Source: Solirubrobacterales bacterium (lineage in GTDB: Bacteria > Actinomycetota > Thermoleophilia > Solirubrobacterales > JACPNS01). From it: a stretch of DNA of 64,000 nt. Each line of letters starts with the position of its first letter. Position 1 is the first letter of the stretch. The stretch covers positions 2,149-66,148 of the forward strand of contig JACPNS010000002.1 of assembly GCA_016185345.1 (NCBI GenBank), in the 5' to 3' direction. This document shows, in pieces, positions 1 through 10,420 of this stretch. A program made the translations under genes and the position numbers. The notes beneath the pieces are model-generated. The model searched no databases. It saw only the letters and a list, made by a program, of their open reading frames with translations, and was not told the origin of the DNA.

Positions 1-68
1 TCCCGGCGAATCGCTCCTGTTAGCGAAGCCTACGTGGCGCTGCCGGGACTGGATAACCTTCCGCCCCT

Positions 69-1847
69 ATGTTTACGAAAGTTCTTGTCGCCAACCGTGG
101 CGAAATCGCAATCCGCGTGTTCCGCGCTCTCAAGGAACTCGACGTTGAATCCGTAGCCGTTTACTCAGAGGCCGACAAAGACTCGCTCTTCGTCGGTTTC
201 GCCGACGAGGCCTACTCGCTTGGTGAGGGCGCCTCTGACGTGACCTACCTCTCGATCGACAAGATCATTGAGATCGCCAAGCGCTCAGGTGCCGAGGCGA
301 TTCACCCCGGTTACGGCTTCCTTGCAGAGAACGCAGAGTTCGCGCAGCGTTGCCAGGATGAGGCGATCGTCTGGATCGGCCCGCCGGCCAGCGCGATCGA
401 CTCGATGGGCTCAAAGACCAATGCTCGAGAACTGATGGAGAACGCAGGAGTGCCGATCGTTCCCGGAACGACCGAGCCGGTCGCAGACGTCGCGGCCGCA
501 CGCGTGATCATCGACGCCGACATCGGCTACCCCGTGGCGATCAAGGCTGCCAGCGGCGGCGGCGGAAAGGGCTTCCGCGTCGCGTTGACCGCTGACGAGC
601 TTGAAGAGGCATTCGAAGGCGCCGCGCGCGAAGGTCAGAAGTTCTTCAACGACGACACCGTCTACCTCGAGCGATACCTGCCCAACCCGCGCCACGTCGA
701 GGTCCAGGTCCTCGCTGACAACGAGGGCAACGTCATCCACCTCGGTGAGCGCGACTGCTCCGTGCAGCGCCGCCACCAGAAGCTGATCGAAGAGGCCCCG
801 GCTCCGGCGGTCGACGCCGCGATGCGCGCGAAGATCGGCGAGATCGGTGTCAACGCCGCAAAGGCCGTCAACTACCGCGGCGCCGGAACGATCGAGGGCA
901 TGCTGCAGGACGGCGAGTACTACTTCCTCGAGATGAACACCCGCGTGCAGGTCGAGCACTGCGTCACTGAAGAAGTGACCGGGGTTGACATCGTCAAAGA
1001 AGGCATCCGCGTAGCCGCTGGAGAGCCGCTCTCGATCAAGCAGGAAGACGTTGAACTCAAGGGCCACGCGATCGAGTGCCGCATCAACTTCGAGGACGCC
1101 GGCAAGAACTTCGCACCGGCTCCGGGCAAGATCGGCAACTTCGTCGGTGCCTATGTAGAGCCTTCCGGCCCTGGTATCCGCGTGGACTCAGGTGTCACTG
1201 CCGGCAGCGAGATCTCACCGCTCTACGACCCGATGGCAGCCAAGCTGATCGTCTGGGCGGAAGATCGCGAAGCGGCGACCAAGCGCATGCTGCGCGCGCT
1301 CGATGAGTACAAGATCGACGCTACAACGCTCATCCCGTTCCACAAGGGTCTGCTCGCAAGCGAAGAGTGGGCCAATGGCGAGACATGCAAGAACCTCACC
1401 GAGGACAAGACCTGGCTCAAGCAGTTCGCAAAGCCCAAGGCTCCCAAGCCAGCCGAGGGCGAAGAGCCCGTCGAGAAGGTCACCAAGACCTACACCGTTG
1501 AAGTTTCCGGCAAGCGCTACGACGTCAAGGTCGAGGGCGAAGCGGCTGGGTTCGGCGGCGGCGGCGCAGCTCCCGCTGGCAAGAAGGCTCCCAAGCGTGG
1601 TGAGCGTGCGGCTGGCGGCAGCAACGGCGCCTCAAGCGAGACTCTGACTTCCCCGCTCCAGGGAACGGTCTTCAAGGTCACCACCGAGGTCGGCGCAGAA
1701 GTCGCCGAAGGCGACGTTCTCTTCATCATCGAAGCGATGAAGATGGAGAACGAGATCACCGCCCATCGTTCGGGCAAGGTCGACTCGCTCGCCGCCGACG
1801 TCGGCGCCGCAGTCTCGGCCGGCGACACGCTCGCGATCATCAAGTAG
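69..1847 (+). CDS. accA: acetyl/propionyl-CoA carboxylase alpha subunit (biotin carboxylase fused to biotin carrier domain)
   Basis: 592-aa ORF. N-terminus MFTKVLVANRGEIAIRV, ATP-grasp loop KAASGGGGKGFRV, Gly/Ala-rich linker, C-terminal biotinylation motif EAMKMENEI. Confidence 0.9.
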   Translation: MFTKVLVANRGEIAIRVFRALKELDVESVAVYSEADKDSLFVGFADEAYSLGEGASDVTYLSIDKIIEIAKRSGAEAIHPGYGFLAENAEFAQRCQDEAIVWIGPPASAIDSMGSKTNARELMENAGVPIVPGTTEPVADVAAARVIIDADIGYPVAIKAASGGGGKGFRVALTADELEEAFEGAAREGQKFFNDDTVYLERYLPNPRHVEVQVLADNEGNVIHLGERDCSVQRRHQKLIEEAPAPAVDAAMRAKIGEIGVNAAKAVNYRGAGTIEGMLQDGEYYFLEMNTRVQVEHCVTEEVTGVDIVKEGIRVAAGEPLSIKQEDVELKGHAIECRINFEDAGKNFAPAPGKIGNFVGAYVEPSGPGIRVDSGVTAGSEISPLYDPMAAKLIVWAEDREAATKRMLRALDEYKIDATTLIPFHKGLLASEEWANGETCKNLTEDKTWLKQFAKPKAPKPAEGEEPVEKVTKTYTVEVSGKRYDVKVEGEAAGFGGGGAAPAGKKAPKRGERAAGGSNGASSETLTSPLQGTVFKVTTEVGAEVAEGDVLFIIEAMKMENEITAHRSGKVDSLAADVGAAVSAGDTLAIIK

Positions 1848-1854
1848 CTGGCTC

Positions 1855-2943
1855 GTGGGCGAGCTTCGACGCAAGGCCGGGGTCGCAAAGCGTCGGTTGA
1901 TCAACGCACAGGCCGAGCTCCTCCCGAAGCCTGCGGCAGATGCCAACAAGCCCTTCGCGCGCGAATACGGCCCCAAGGAATACGGCACCGAGGCCGCGCT
2001 CGCCACTGAGGCAATCCACGCGCGCCTGACCGATGAAGACCTTGCCGCAATCGCGGCCAAGGCCGAGTCCGACAAGACGCTCGTGGACTTCCCCGTCCCA
2101 CCCGGCGCCCCGCCCAAGCAGATTCCGCTCAACCAGCCCTGGAAGGAATCGAGCGGAGTTGACCGCAAGCGAAACGACCTGATGCTCGGCACGCACTTCG
2201 CTGAGCCTGAGTTTCTTGAGAAGACCGGCCTGACCACAGCGACTCCGCCGGAAGAGATCCACGCGATGACGCACAGCCCGTTCGCGGCTGGCGGCGGTTT
2301 TTACCAAGCTGATCTTGTCGCCGACGGCCTTGCCAGCGCAGGCGCTCCGATCGCTGACGGCGATCGCATTCTCGACTTCGGCTGCTCTTCTGGCCGCGTG
2401 GCGCGCGTGCTCCACGCGGCTTACCCGAACGCCCAGATTCTCGGTTGCGACCCGAACGGGCCGGCGGTTGAGTGGGCCGACAAGAATCTTGCGGGAATCG
2501 AGTTCACCAAGAGCGAGAACGAACCGCCGCTGCCGTATGAGTCTGGCTCGATCGCAGCCGCCTTCGGCATCTCGATCTGGTCGCACTACGCCGAGGCGCT
2601 CGCGCTGCGTTGGTACGACGAGATCCACCGCGTGCTGCGCCCCGGGGGCCATCTCGTCTCGACCACGCACGGCCCGCAATCGATCGACTTCTATGGCGAC
2701 ATCGGCCTGCGCTCAAACCAGCAGCTCGCAGACATCCGCGAGAGCCTCTACCTGCGCGGCTATTGGTACGCGCCCGAGTTCGGCGACAAGGGCGACTGGG
2801 GTGTCGTCAACAGCGAATGGGGCACCTCGTTCGTCTCGGCAGACTGGATGCTCGACAAGCTGACCCCGAAGTGGGAGATCGTTGAGTACGCGACGGCCCG
2901 CAACGAGGACAACCAGGACGTCTACGTCCTGCGCAAGCCCTGA
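1855..2943 (+). CDS. class I SAM-dependent methyltransferase with ~170-aa N-terminal extension
   Basis: GTG start. Motif I-like ILDFGCSSGRVARVL, later LRPGGHLV. N-terminal part unassigned. Confidence 0.65.
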   Translation: MGELRRKAGVAKRRLINAQAELLPKPAADANKPFAREYGPKEYGTEAALATEAIHARLTDEDLAAIAAKAESDKTLVDFPVPPGAPPKQIPLNQPWKESSGVDRKRNDLMLGTHFAEPEFLEKTGLTTATPPEEIHAMTHSPFAAGGGFYQADLVADGLASAGAPIADGDRILDFGCSSGRVARVLHAAYPNAQILGCDPNGPAVEWADKNLAGIEFTKSENEPPLPYESGSIAAAFGISIWSHYAEALALRWYDEIHRVLRPGGHLVSTTHGPQSIDFYGDIGLRSNQQLADIRESLYLRGYWYAPEFGDKGDWGVVNSEWGTSFVSADWMLDKLTPKWEIVEYATARNEDNQDVYVLRKP

Positions 2944-2944
2944 A

Positions 2945-3850
2945 TCAAGCCGTGGGCGGCTGCTGAGGCTGGGGCGGTTGCATCGCCGGTTGCATCGCAA
3001 ACGGATCGGGTGGCACGACCGGAGGAGGCGGAGGTTGGTACCTGTTGACCTCCGCCGCGTACGGCACGGGCGGTTCGACTTGCAAACCACTCACGATGCG
3101 TGCCTCTCGCCTGAATGCGGCGATCTGATCCCTTGAGACGAGCAGGTACATCAGCGCGACTCCGGCGGCAAATCCGCCGATGTGCGCCCAGTACGCAACC
3201 CCGCCCGACCCGCCTTCGCCAGCCGCGTAATAGGCGTAACTGAACTGAAGACCAATCCAGGTGCCGATCACCCAGAACGCACGTATGCGCATCGGAATGA
3301 TGATCAACAACGAGAGGATCTTGGCGCTCGGGAAGATCACCACGTAGCCAGCCAGCACAGCGGCAATCGCCCCCGACGCGCCGACCATCGGCATCATCCC
3401 ACCCGTTTCCCAGAGCGTCTGACCCAGCACCGCCGCCACTCCGCCGACCAGGTAGAAGAGTCCAAAGCTCAGTCGCCCCAGAGCGTTCTCGAGGGCGCCG
3501 CCGAAGACGAACAGAAAGAGCATGTTGCTGAGCAGGTGGAAGAGTCCGCCGTGCAGAAACATCGAGGTCGCGATCGTCAGCCATGTGGGAGGAAGGTCGA
3601 TGTTCGGGTAGATCGCCTGAATCTCGGACTCCATCCCGCAGATCATCCGCGACATGTCGTGCGCGGGCACGCACTGCGTGCCTGGATTCATCACTTCATA
3701 GGGGATCACGCCGTAGAAGATCGCCGCGTTCTGAGCCGCCAGGGGGTTGCTGGACGCCACGAAATAGACCGCCACGTTCAACGCGATCAGCGCGAAGGTC
3801 ACCATCGGGAACGCGACCTTGGGCATGTTGTCTTTCAGCGGGAAAAACAC
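2945..3850 (-). CDS. rhomboid family intramembrane serine protease (catalytically intact) with Pro-rich C-terminal tail
   Basis: Motifs FLHGGLFHLLSNMLFL, catalytic GASGAIAAV and AHIGGF. Multiple TM segments. Tail PPPPPVVPPDPF. Confidence 0.8.
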   Translation of the reverse strand: MFFPLKDNMPKVAFPMVTFALIALNVAVYFVASSNPLAAQNAAIFYGVIPYEVMNPGTQCVPAHDMSRMICGMESEIQAIYPNIDLPPTWLTIATSMFLHGGLFHLLSNMLFLFVFGGALENALGRLSFGLFYLVGGVAAVLGQTLWETGGMMPMVGASGAIAAVLAGYVVIFPSAKILSLLIIIPMRIRAFWVIGTWIGLQFSYAYYAAGEGGSGGVAYWAHIGGFAAGVALMYLLVSRDQIAAFRREARIVSGLQVEPPVPYAAEVNRYQPPPPPVVPPDPFAMQPAMQPPQPQQPPTA

Positions 3851-3937
3851 AACCTCACAAATGTCGGCATTTCGCCAATTTACTCAAGTGTGTAACCCAA
3901 AATACATTCGGAGTGGGACCGTGCGAGACTGCCCGGC

Positions 3938-5125
3938 GTGGCCCAGTCTCCCGATCGCGACATAAGACTGCTCTTCCCGCTGCCGCTCGCGACGATCGCC
4001 TCGCAGGCGAGCATGGCCAGCATCCCGCCGCTGTTTGTAGGGATGAGCCGGGACTTCGGCGTGACGATCGGTCAGGTCGGTCAGGTGCGGGCGGTCAGTG
4101 CGCTCACCGCGGTGCTCGCGACTCTCTTGGTCGGTGGATGGATCCATAAGCGCGGCGCGCGGCCCGTGATGTTGATCGGCGGTTTGCTCGGCGCGCTCGG
4201 TGCTCTGGTCTCGGCGCTCTCGCCTGACCTGTACACGTTCGGCGTGGGGCAGGCGGTGACCGGAATCGGAATCTGCTTCTTGCTCTCCAGCGGCTTCGCC
4301 GGCGCCGGTGAGTTCTTCGCTCCCGAGGCGCGCGACTGGGCGGTCGGCTGGGTCGTCGCGTTGCAGTCGCTGGCCTGGATCATCGGCGTGCCGATCGTCG
4401 GATTTCTGGCCGAGGCATTTGGTTGGCAGTACGGCTTTGCGGTGCCCGCGTTCTTTTGCCTGGTCGCGGCCTCCGCCGCGGTGCTGTTTGCGCCGAAGCT
4501 CGACCCGCACATCCGCGCGCAGGATGAGCGCACCGGGCTTCTTGCCGCGCTTGCCGATCGCGGCGGTCGGCGTTGGACGATTGGCGAGATGCTCGCGTTT
4601 GCCGTTTGGACCGCGGAGATCACCTACATTGCGGCGTTCTACAGCGAGGAGTTCGGGCTCAGCGAGGCGATGGTCGGTCTACTGCTTCCGCTTGGATCGA
4701 TCGCGTTCATGCTTGGTTCGGCAACTGCAGCTCGCGCGGGAGAGAAGTGGCCGCGCAGAGTCCTACTGATCGGCTCGACCCTGACAATGGGGTTTATCGC
4801 CGCAGCGCTTTTCAACTTCTACCCCCTGCTCGGCGTCACACTGCTCTTCGCAATCGCGATGGGAATTGCCGCGGGCCTGCGCGCGGCAGGCTCATCTACG
4901 CTCGCCCTCGATCAACTTCCGGACAAACCTGGAGCGATGATGGCGGCACGCACCGGTGCTGTGCAGCTCGGGTACCTGATCGGGGCCTCGGTCGGTGGTC
5001 TGATCGTGGACTTCTCGGGCTTCGGCGCATTGGGCGCATTCATGATCCTCGGCATGGCAGGCAGCGCGCTGGTGATGTCTGGGGTTCCGGCGCGCGATGA
5101 AGTCGAGTCGCGAGTCGCTTCCTGA
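3938..5125 (+). CDS. MFS transporter
   Basis: 395 aa, about 12 hydrophobic segments, MFS-like loop GGWIHKRGARP. GTG start. Confidence 0.7.
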   Translation: MAQSPDRDIRLLFPLPLATIASQASMASIPPLFVGMSRDFGVTIGQVGQVRAVSALTAVLATLLVGGWIHKRGARPVMLIGGLLGALGALVSALSPDLYTFGVGQAVTGIGICFLLSSGFAGAGEFFAPEARDWAVGWVVALQSLAWIIGVPIVGFLAEAFGWQYGFAVPAFFCLVAASAAVLFAPKLDPHIRAQDERTGLLAALADRGGRRWTIGEMLAFAVWTAEITYIAAFYSEEFGLSEAMVGLLLPLGSIAFMLGSATAARAGEKWPRRVLLIGSTLTMGFIAAALFNFYPLLGVTLLFAIAMGIAAGLRAAGSSTLALDQLPDKPGAMMAARTGAVQLGYLIGASVGGLIVDFSGFGALGAFMILGMAGSALVMSGVPARDEVESRVAS

Positions 5126-5212
5126 TTCTCGCCGCGGCCGCCACGCCCAGAGACTGGCCGGACGTCCGATCGGCGAACTTTCTGTTTCCGACCGGATACA
5201 TACGATCGCTCA

Positions 5213-6157
5213 ATGAAGCTTCAGCGCGCAGTCCTCATCTCGTTTCTATCCACCCTTGCCGCGTTCGCCGCGGTGACAGGCACCGCCACCGCGGCTACGC
5301 AGGTCGGCCAGAAGTGCGCGACCGCCACTGGCGGACCGCCGGTGATCTTCGCGAGAACCGTGGTGTCGGGAGAGAGCTACGTGTTCCCCGCTGACGGCGT
5401 GGTCACGAAGTGGGGCCTCAGTCGCGTGGGCAGCTCCGGCCAGTCGATGACGGCCGCTGCGATTGGCACGTGGTCGGGAACACAGTGGACGATCGTCGGC
5501 GCGCTCCCGCTCGTCGATTTTGCGCCGTCGGTGGCGTCCGAAGTAGCCGCCCGCTACTCCGTGAGTGCTGGCCAGTCGCTCGGCACTCTGACTTTCAACT
5601 CGGGCGCGATGATGTGTGGGTCTGCGAGTGCATCCGATTCGCTCGAATACTCCGGCAGCTACGTTCCCGTCGGCACGACCTTCACTCCGTCAGGAACCAT
5701 CCCGAGCAATCGCCCGAACGTGTGGGCGAACCTTGAGGCCGATATCGACAAGGACGGTTTCGGCGACGAGACCCAGGACCAGTGCCCGCAGTCGGCGCTC
5801 TACCAGAGCCCTTGTCCCGTTCTCGCGATAAGCCAGGAGCTTGCCGCTGCAAAGGGCGCGATCTTGATCACTGCGGCTGCCAGCGCTGACACCTCATTGA
5901 CGGCTACGGCATCGGTGAAGGTGCCCAAACTTGGATCGAAAAAGGCCTCCACGGTCACGTTCTCAAGCAAGCCCACAGCATTCTCCGGCGGTCAGCTGAA
6001 AAAGATCAAACTGAAGCTGCCGTCTCGTGCGAACAGCGCGTTGGCCACCACGAAGAAGTCGAAGAAGCTGAAGTTCACCGTGACGGTGACCGGAAACGGT
6101 CTGGCCAATACGGCGACGAGCATCAAGAGCATCTCGCTTCCGGGAACGAAGAAGTAG
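5213..6157 (+). CDS. secreted protein, TSP3-like Ca-binding motif plus Lys-rich C-terminal module (paralogue A)
   Basis: Signal peptide MKLQRAVLISFLSTLAAFAAVTGTATA. DIDKDGFGDETQDQCP matches the thrombospondin type-3 DxDxDGxxDxxDxC pattern. C-terminus KKSKKLKFTVTVTG...SLPGTKK. Confidence 0.6.
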   Translation: MKLQRAVLISFLSTLAAFAAVTGTATAATQVGQKCATATGGPPVIFARTVVSGESYVFPADGVVTKWGLSRVGSSGQSMTAAAIGTWSGTQWTIVGALPLVDFAPSVASEVAARYSVSAGQSLGTLTFNSGAMMCGSASASDSLEYSGSYVPVGTTFTPSGTIPSNRPNVWANLEADIDKDGFGDETQDQCPQSALYQSPCPVLAISQELAAAKGAILITAAASADTSLTATASVKVPKLGSKKASTVTFSSKPTAFSGGQLKKIKLKLPSRANSALATTKKSKKLKFTVTVTGNGLANTATSIKSISLPGTKK

Positions 6158-6217
6158 TTGGCGGGCTTCCCACGCGGCATCGGGGTGGCTCATGGGGTCA
6201 GACCTAGACTCGGGTCC

Positions 6218-7159
6218 ATGAAACTTCAACGCGCCCTCGTAGCCTCGCTACTCGCAAGCCTTGTCGCCTTCGCCGCAATCATCGGGTCAGCGTCCGCAGC
6301 AACTCAGGTCGGCCAGAAATGTCAGGTCGGCTACAGCGGTCAGCCGACGATGATTCAGGGCAGCATTACGTCAGGCCAGTCCTACACGGTCGCAAGCTCC
6401 GGGATTCTCACAAGCTGGGGCGTGGATACGACGACCTTTGGCAGCTCGTCGATGCTTGCCGCCGTCTTTGGCACCGAGTCCGGCGGAATCTGGACGGTCC
6501 AGCGCGCAACCCCCTTTCAGCTGGTGGTCGGCAACCGGGTCAACGAGTTTCCGACGCGGATGCCAGTCGTGGCAGGAGAGGTGCTCGGGATGGTCTCCTA
6601 CAACTCGAGCAACTTGATGTGTGGCGTGCTGCCAGCTGGTGACTCAATTGCCAGCTCGGGGTCATCCACGTATCCCGGGGATTCGTTCATGCCCAATGCG
6701 ACGCCGCAGTTCCGCGTCGGTGTCTGGGGAATCGTCGAGCCCGACGTTGACGGCGACGGCTTCGGAGATGACACGCAGGACAAGTGCCCGCAGTCCGCAG
6801 CGTTCCAGAACGCCTGTCCGGTCCTTGCGATCAGCCAGAGCCTTGCCGCGATCAAGGGTGCCATCTCGATCACCGGCACCGCGAGCATCGCTTCGTCGTT
6901 GACAGCAACCGCTGTGGTCAAAGTCCCCAAGCTCGGGAAGAAGAAGGCCGCCACCGTGACTTTCTCTTCACCTCCGACCGCCTTCGCCGCAGGTCAGCTC
7001 AAGAAGCTAAAACTGAAGCTTCCCTCACGCGTCAAGAACGCACTCGCGGGAACGAAGAAGTCGAAGAAGCTGAAAATCACGGTCACGTTGAGCGGCGCCG
7101 GGCTCGCCAACACGGCGACCAGCGTGAAATCGATCTCGCTCCCCGGGACGAAGAAGTAG
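6218..7159 (+). CDS. secreted protein, paralogue B of 5213-6157
   Basis: I place the start at ATG 6218 (MKLQRALVASLL signal peptide) rather than the track start 6158. DVDGDGFGDDTQDKCP. C-terminal half is colinear with paralogue A. Confidence 0.6.
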   Translation: MKLQRALVASLLASLVAFAAIIGSASAATQVGQKCQVGYSGQPTMIQGSITSGQSYTVASSGILTSWGVDTTTFGSSSMLAAVFGTESGGIWTVQRATPFQLVVGNRVNEFPTRMPVVAGEVLGMVSYNSSNLMCGVLPAGDSIASSGSSTYPGDSFMPNATPQFRVGVWGIVEPDVDGDGFGDDTQDKCPQSAAFQNACPVLAISQSLAAIKGAISITGTASIASSLTATAVVKVPKLGKKKAATVTFSSPPTAFAAGQLKKLKLKLPSRVKNALAGTKKSKKLKITVTLSGAGLANTATSVKSISLPGTKK

Positions 7160-7162
7160 GCA

Positions 7163-8880
7163 CTATCGCGAGAGCTTGATCGTTCGCAGGTTGCGCAGCG
7201 AACGCGTGAAACGTGCTTCAGGCGTGCCGCCGACCGGGACGGCGCGCGCGTAGATCGTGTACTTGCCAATGGGGAGTGATTTTCTCAGCTTGAGCGACCA
7301 CTTCGTCTTGCCGCTCGCCCTCAGCCAGACCTGACGCTTGCAGCCGGCTTTGGTTTTGCGAACGCTGCGGAACTTCGCCTTGTTGCTCTTGAGCCACAAA
7401 CAGCGTTTCGATTTGCGCGGCCCGGATTTGAAGATCGCCACCTCGACCTTGCTCACTGATCCATTGAGAGCGGAGGCGGTGCCGGTGACGCGCTTGAGCT
7501 TTGACCGCTTGAGCCTGGACTTGGTCGGCGACGTGATTTTCGCGCGGGCGGTCGGTACGCCAGGCAGCAGTGGAAGCGGGTCTGGCTGCAGCTTGACTGA
7601 CAGCACCTGGACGCCGTTCGCATTCTTGCCGACCAAGAACAAGCGTTGGTCGCCCGCAAGTGCGGAGGCCGAAGACCAGAGACCATCCACCGGATGATGG
7701 ACGAAACCGTTGTCCCCGAACGACGGATCGGGCGCGCCGCTGGACAGTCGCGCCCAGATCGCAGTGCCGTTCACACCATCGATGCGCCCGCGGCCGCTCG
7801 CGAGGATTCTCCCGTTCGACTGAACCTCAAGACCCGTCGGAATGCTCTGCTGGCTGCGGTCGTCGATGTACTGTCCGCCATTTGCGAAGCCTCCGTCGGG
7901 GTGCCATCGGCGTTGAGCCGCGACATCACCATCCAGTTGCTGCTGCTGCCGTCGGTGGAGAACGAGGCGTAGACGATCTTGCCGTCGCTCTGCAGCGCCA
8001 TCTCGCGGCATTGGTTGTTGGTCAGAGTGTCAGGCCTGATCTGGAATCCGTTCCCGTTGAACTGCCCGTCATATTCTCCGACCGACGAGAAGCCGACGAA
8101 GGCGTCGTTGACCTGGTCGCCGCTGTTGGTCGGTGCATACCCACAGGCGACCGAGCGGCCGTCCGGACGGGCAACGATGTCGAGCGGCTCCCCGTCGTAG
8201 CTGGGGAAGCTCGTCGAGTGCCAGCCCGAGCCGTTGAAGGTTGTGTCGAGCACGCCGGCTGAAGTGACGGACTGCGTGAACCAATAGCGTGGGGAGGCAT
8301 TAATGGTGCCGGTGCTGAGGTATGAGCCGTCGGGGCGAATCACCAACTCGTTGATCACAGCGGAGTTCACCGAAATGCCTGTGTTGGTGAACACGCCAGG
8401 CATTGCGCCAAGCGGGTTGAATGTCGGATCCAGGCCGCCGTCCTCGGTGAACCTGGCGACCGTTGGGTACTCGACGCCAGTGTTGCGCACGGCCCCGCCA
8501 ACAACGATGCGGTTGTTGGCCTGGACCACCACCGCGGAAAACTGCGCGAAGTCAGGCCCCAGACGGGTCAGCACCAGGCCGTCGATCCCAAAGCCAGGAT
8601 CGCGCGCGCCGCTGGGCAGCAGGCGTATGACGAACGCATATGCGTTGGTCGGCCCCGCGAGGCTGCCGACGATCACGATCTTCCCGTCGGGAGCAACGGC
8701 GATGTCGCGTGGCTCAGCGTCGTCGAAGTCGGGACCGGCGGCCACGGTTGCCACGCCGGCGGAGCCGAAAGCTGCGTCGAGGTCACCCGGCACTGCTCGA
8801 GCCACCGCTGCGGCGCTCAGCGTGACGACGCAGGCGAGCAGGCAGGTGAGAGATAACCGTGAGAGCGCCACGCTTTCCAC
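7163..8880 (-). pseudogene. secreted delta-60-repeat (beta-propeller) protein with C-terminal basic Ig-like domain, interrupted by a 1-nt frameshift
   Basis: Track ORFs 7771-9102 and 7163-8011 overlap in different frames. Together they carry seven D-x-x-F-G/N-x-x-G repeats (DLDAAFGSAG ... PDGGFANGG, PDPSFGDNG). The frames join at the G4 run 7898-7901 (+ strand): ...RLNADGT | PDGGFANGG... Likely start is GTG 8880 (VESVALSRLSLTCLLACVV signal peptide). Confidence 0.6.
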
Positions 8881-8974
8881 CCTACAGAGAATTCTTGATC
8901 GGTTCCGACGATCTGCAGCCCGACCGCACCTTGTTGACACCCACACGTGTTCATTGGATAGGAGGTAGTTCCCA

Positions 8975-9730
8975 ATGCTCACAAATTCGTCCAGATCACG
9001 CTCACTTCGGATCGCACTGCTCGCCATCGCCGCCCTGACCACGTTTCTCGTCTTGACCGGCGACGCAGTCGCCGCCGCCAAATCATGCCAGCCGAAAGGC
9101 ACAAAAGCGCTGTGGTCTCAAGGGTCGGCAACGGTGTACTACCGATCGGAGCCGAGCTCCGGACAGACTCTGCAAGAGGGAGCCGTTCCGTCGGTCTGTT
9201 CCTCAAAATTCACGCGTCGTTACAAGCTGCAGCCACGCTCCGACAAGGGCTCCTACTTCTTCGGCGACTACCACTGGAACGGTCGCTACCTCTACTTCAC
9301 CACTTCGGGCATCTATCCGCTCTACAGTGGTCCAGAGTCCCCGGCATTGATCGATCTCAAGACCGGGTTGACGACACTCAAGCTTCCGGAGGAGCAGCCG
9401 GTTACCCGCCCGGAGGGCGCGATCGAGACTCCAAAAACAGTTGTTTGTGGCGGCGGATATTACGGCTGCTGGAGCGGCGCGACTCGGGTCGCCCTCGGCT
9501 CCAACCGATCATTCGCAATTTCAAGCTCGTACTCGCCGAGTGGCCCCGGACCGGCCACCCCACCACGCGGCGAAATCACGCTTTACTGCGTGAATCAAAG
9601 CTTCACGAGGCTGACTGCGGGGGTCATCGACGACGAGCTGACTGTCGGCGAAAGCTACACGCTGAAGCGTGACGGCAATCGCGCAACATGGCTGTCGAAA
9701 GGCGTGAGGCGGTCCGTCAAGTTCTGCTGA
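8975..9730 (+). CDS. secreted hypothetical protein
   Basis: 251 aa. Signal peptide LRIALLAIAALTTFLVLTGDAVAAA. No motif recognised. Confidence 0.5.
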   Translation: MLTNSSRSRSLRIALLAIAALTTFLVLTGDAVAAAKSCQPKGTKALWSQGSATVYYRSEPSSGQTLQEGAVPSVCSSKFTRRYKLQPRSDKGSYFFGDYHWNGRYLYFTTSGIYPLYSGPESPALIDLKTGLTTLKLPEEQPVTRPEGAIETPKTVVCGGGYYGCWSGATRVALGSNRSFAISSSYSPSGPGPATPPRGEITLYCVNQSFTRLTAGVIDDELTVGESYTLKRDGNRATWLSKGVRRSVKFC

Positions 9731-9736
9731 GCGCAG

Positions 9737-10420
9737 CTAGCACTTCAGCTTGTCCGCAAGCTCGCGGAGGTTCTTCACCTCGAGCTCGGGCTTGCGCGTC
9801 TTGGGGTCGTCCGGCTTTTCCTTCTTGCGGTTGACCCAGACGACTGGCAGCTTGGACTTGATTGCCGGGCCGACGTCGTAGTAGTAGCTGGATCCAACGT
9901 GCATCCAGCCTTTCTTGCCGCCGATGCGGCGGGCGGTCTCGGTGAAGTGGGCGGCCTCTGGCTTGTAGCTGCGGACCTGCTGCGCGGTGACGACGATGTC
10001 GAAGTCGCTGCGGATGTGGCGGCGGCTGGCGACCAGGAGCTTGTCGTCGATGTTGACGACGAGGCCCACTTGGTATTTCTTGGCAATGCGGTCCAGCGCG
10101 GCGTTGGCCTCGCGGTAGGGCTTCCAGCGAACCACTGAATCGGGCAGGAAGTTGGTGCGTGAAGGCTCGAGGTCCCACTCGAGATCCTCGGAGATCTTCA
10201 GGGCGACGCGGCGCAGGACCTCGGCGTAGAGCTCATAGGAGCCGCTCATGATGTCCTGCTGGTGCTGATTGAAGAGGTCGATCAGCGTGCTCTTGTCAGG
10301 CAGGCTGAAGCCCGTTCGATCGGCCTCGATCTGGAAAGCTTCGTGGACACCGGACTCCCAGTCGATAAGGGTGCCGTACACGTCGAAAGTGATCCATTTG
10401 ATGTCTTTTGGAATTGCCAT
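9737..10420 (-). CDS. HAD-superfamily hydrolase (haloacid dehalogenase type II-like)
   Basis: Motif I ITFDVYGTLIDWE, 227 aa. Confidence 0.7.
   Translation of the reverse strand: MAIPKDIKWITFDVYGTLIDWESGVHEAFQIEADRTGFSLPDKSTLIDLFNQHQQDIMSGSYELYAEVLRRVALKISEDLEWDLEPSRTNFLPDSVVRWKPYREANAALDRIAKKYQVGLVVNIDDKLLVASRRHIRSDFDIVVTAQQVRSYKPEAAHFTETARRIGGKKGWMHVGSSYYYDVGPAIKSKLPVVWVNRKKEKPDDPKTRKPELEVKNLRELADKLKC

Noticed and set aside
3851-3937. TGTCGGCA... sequence checked as a PafBC (RecA-NDp-type) promoter between the rhomboid and MFS genes
   Set aside because: It matches only TGTCGG. The GTG and the correctly spaced TAnnnT are missing.
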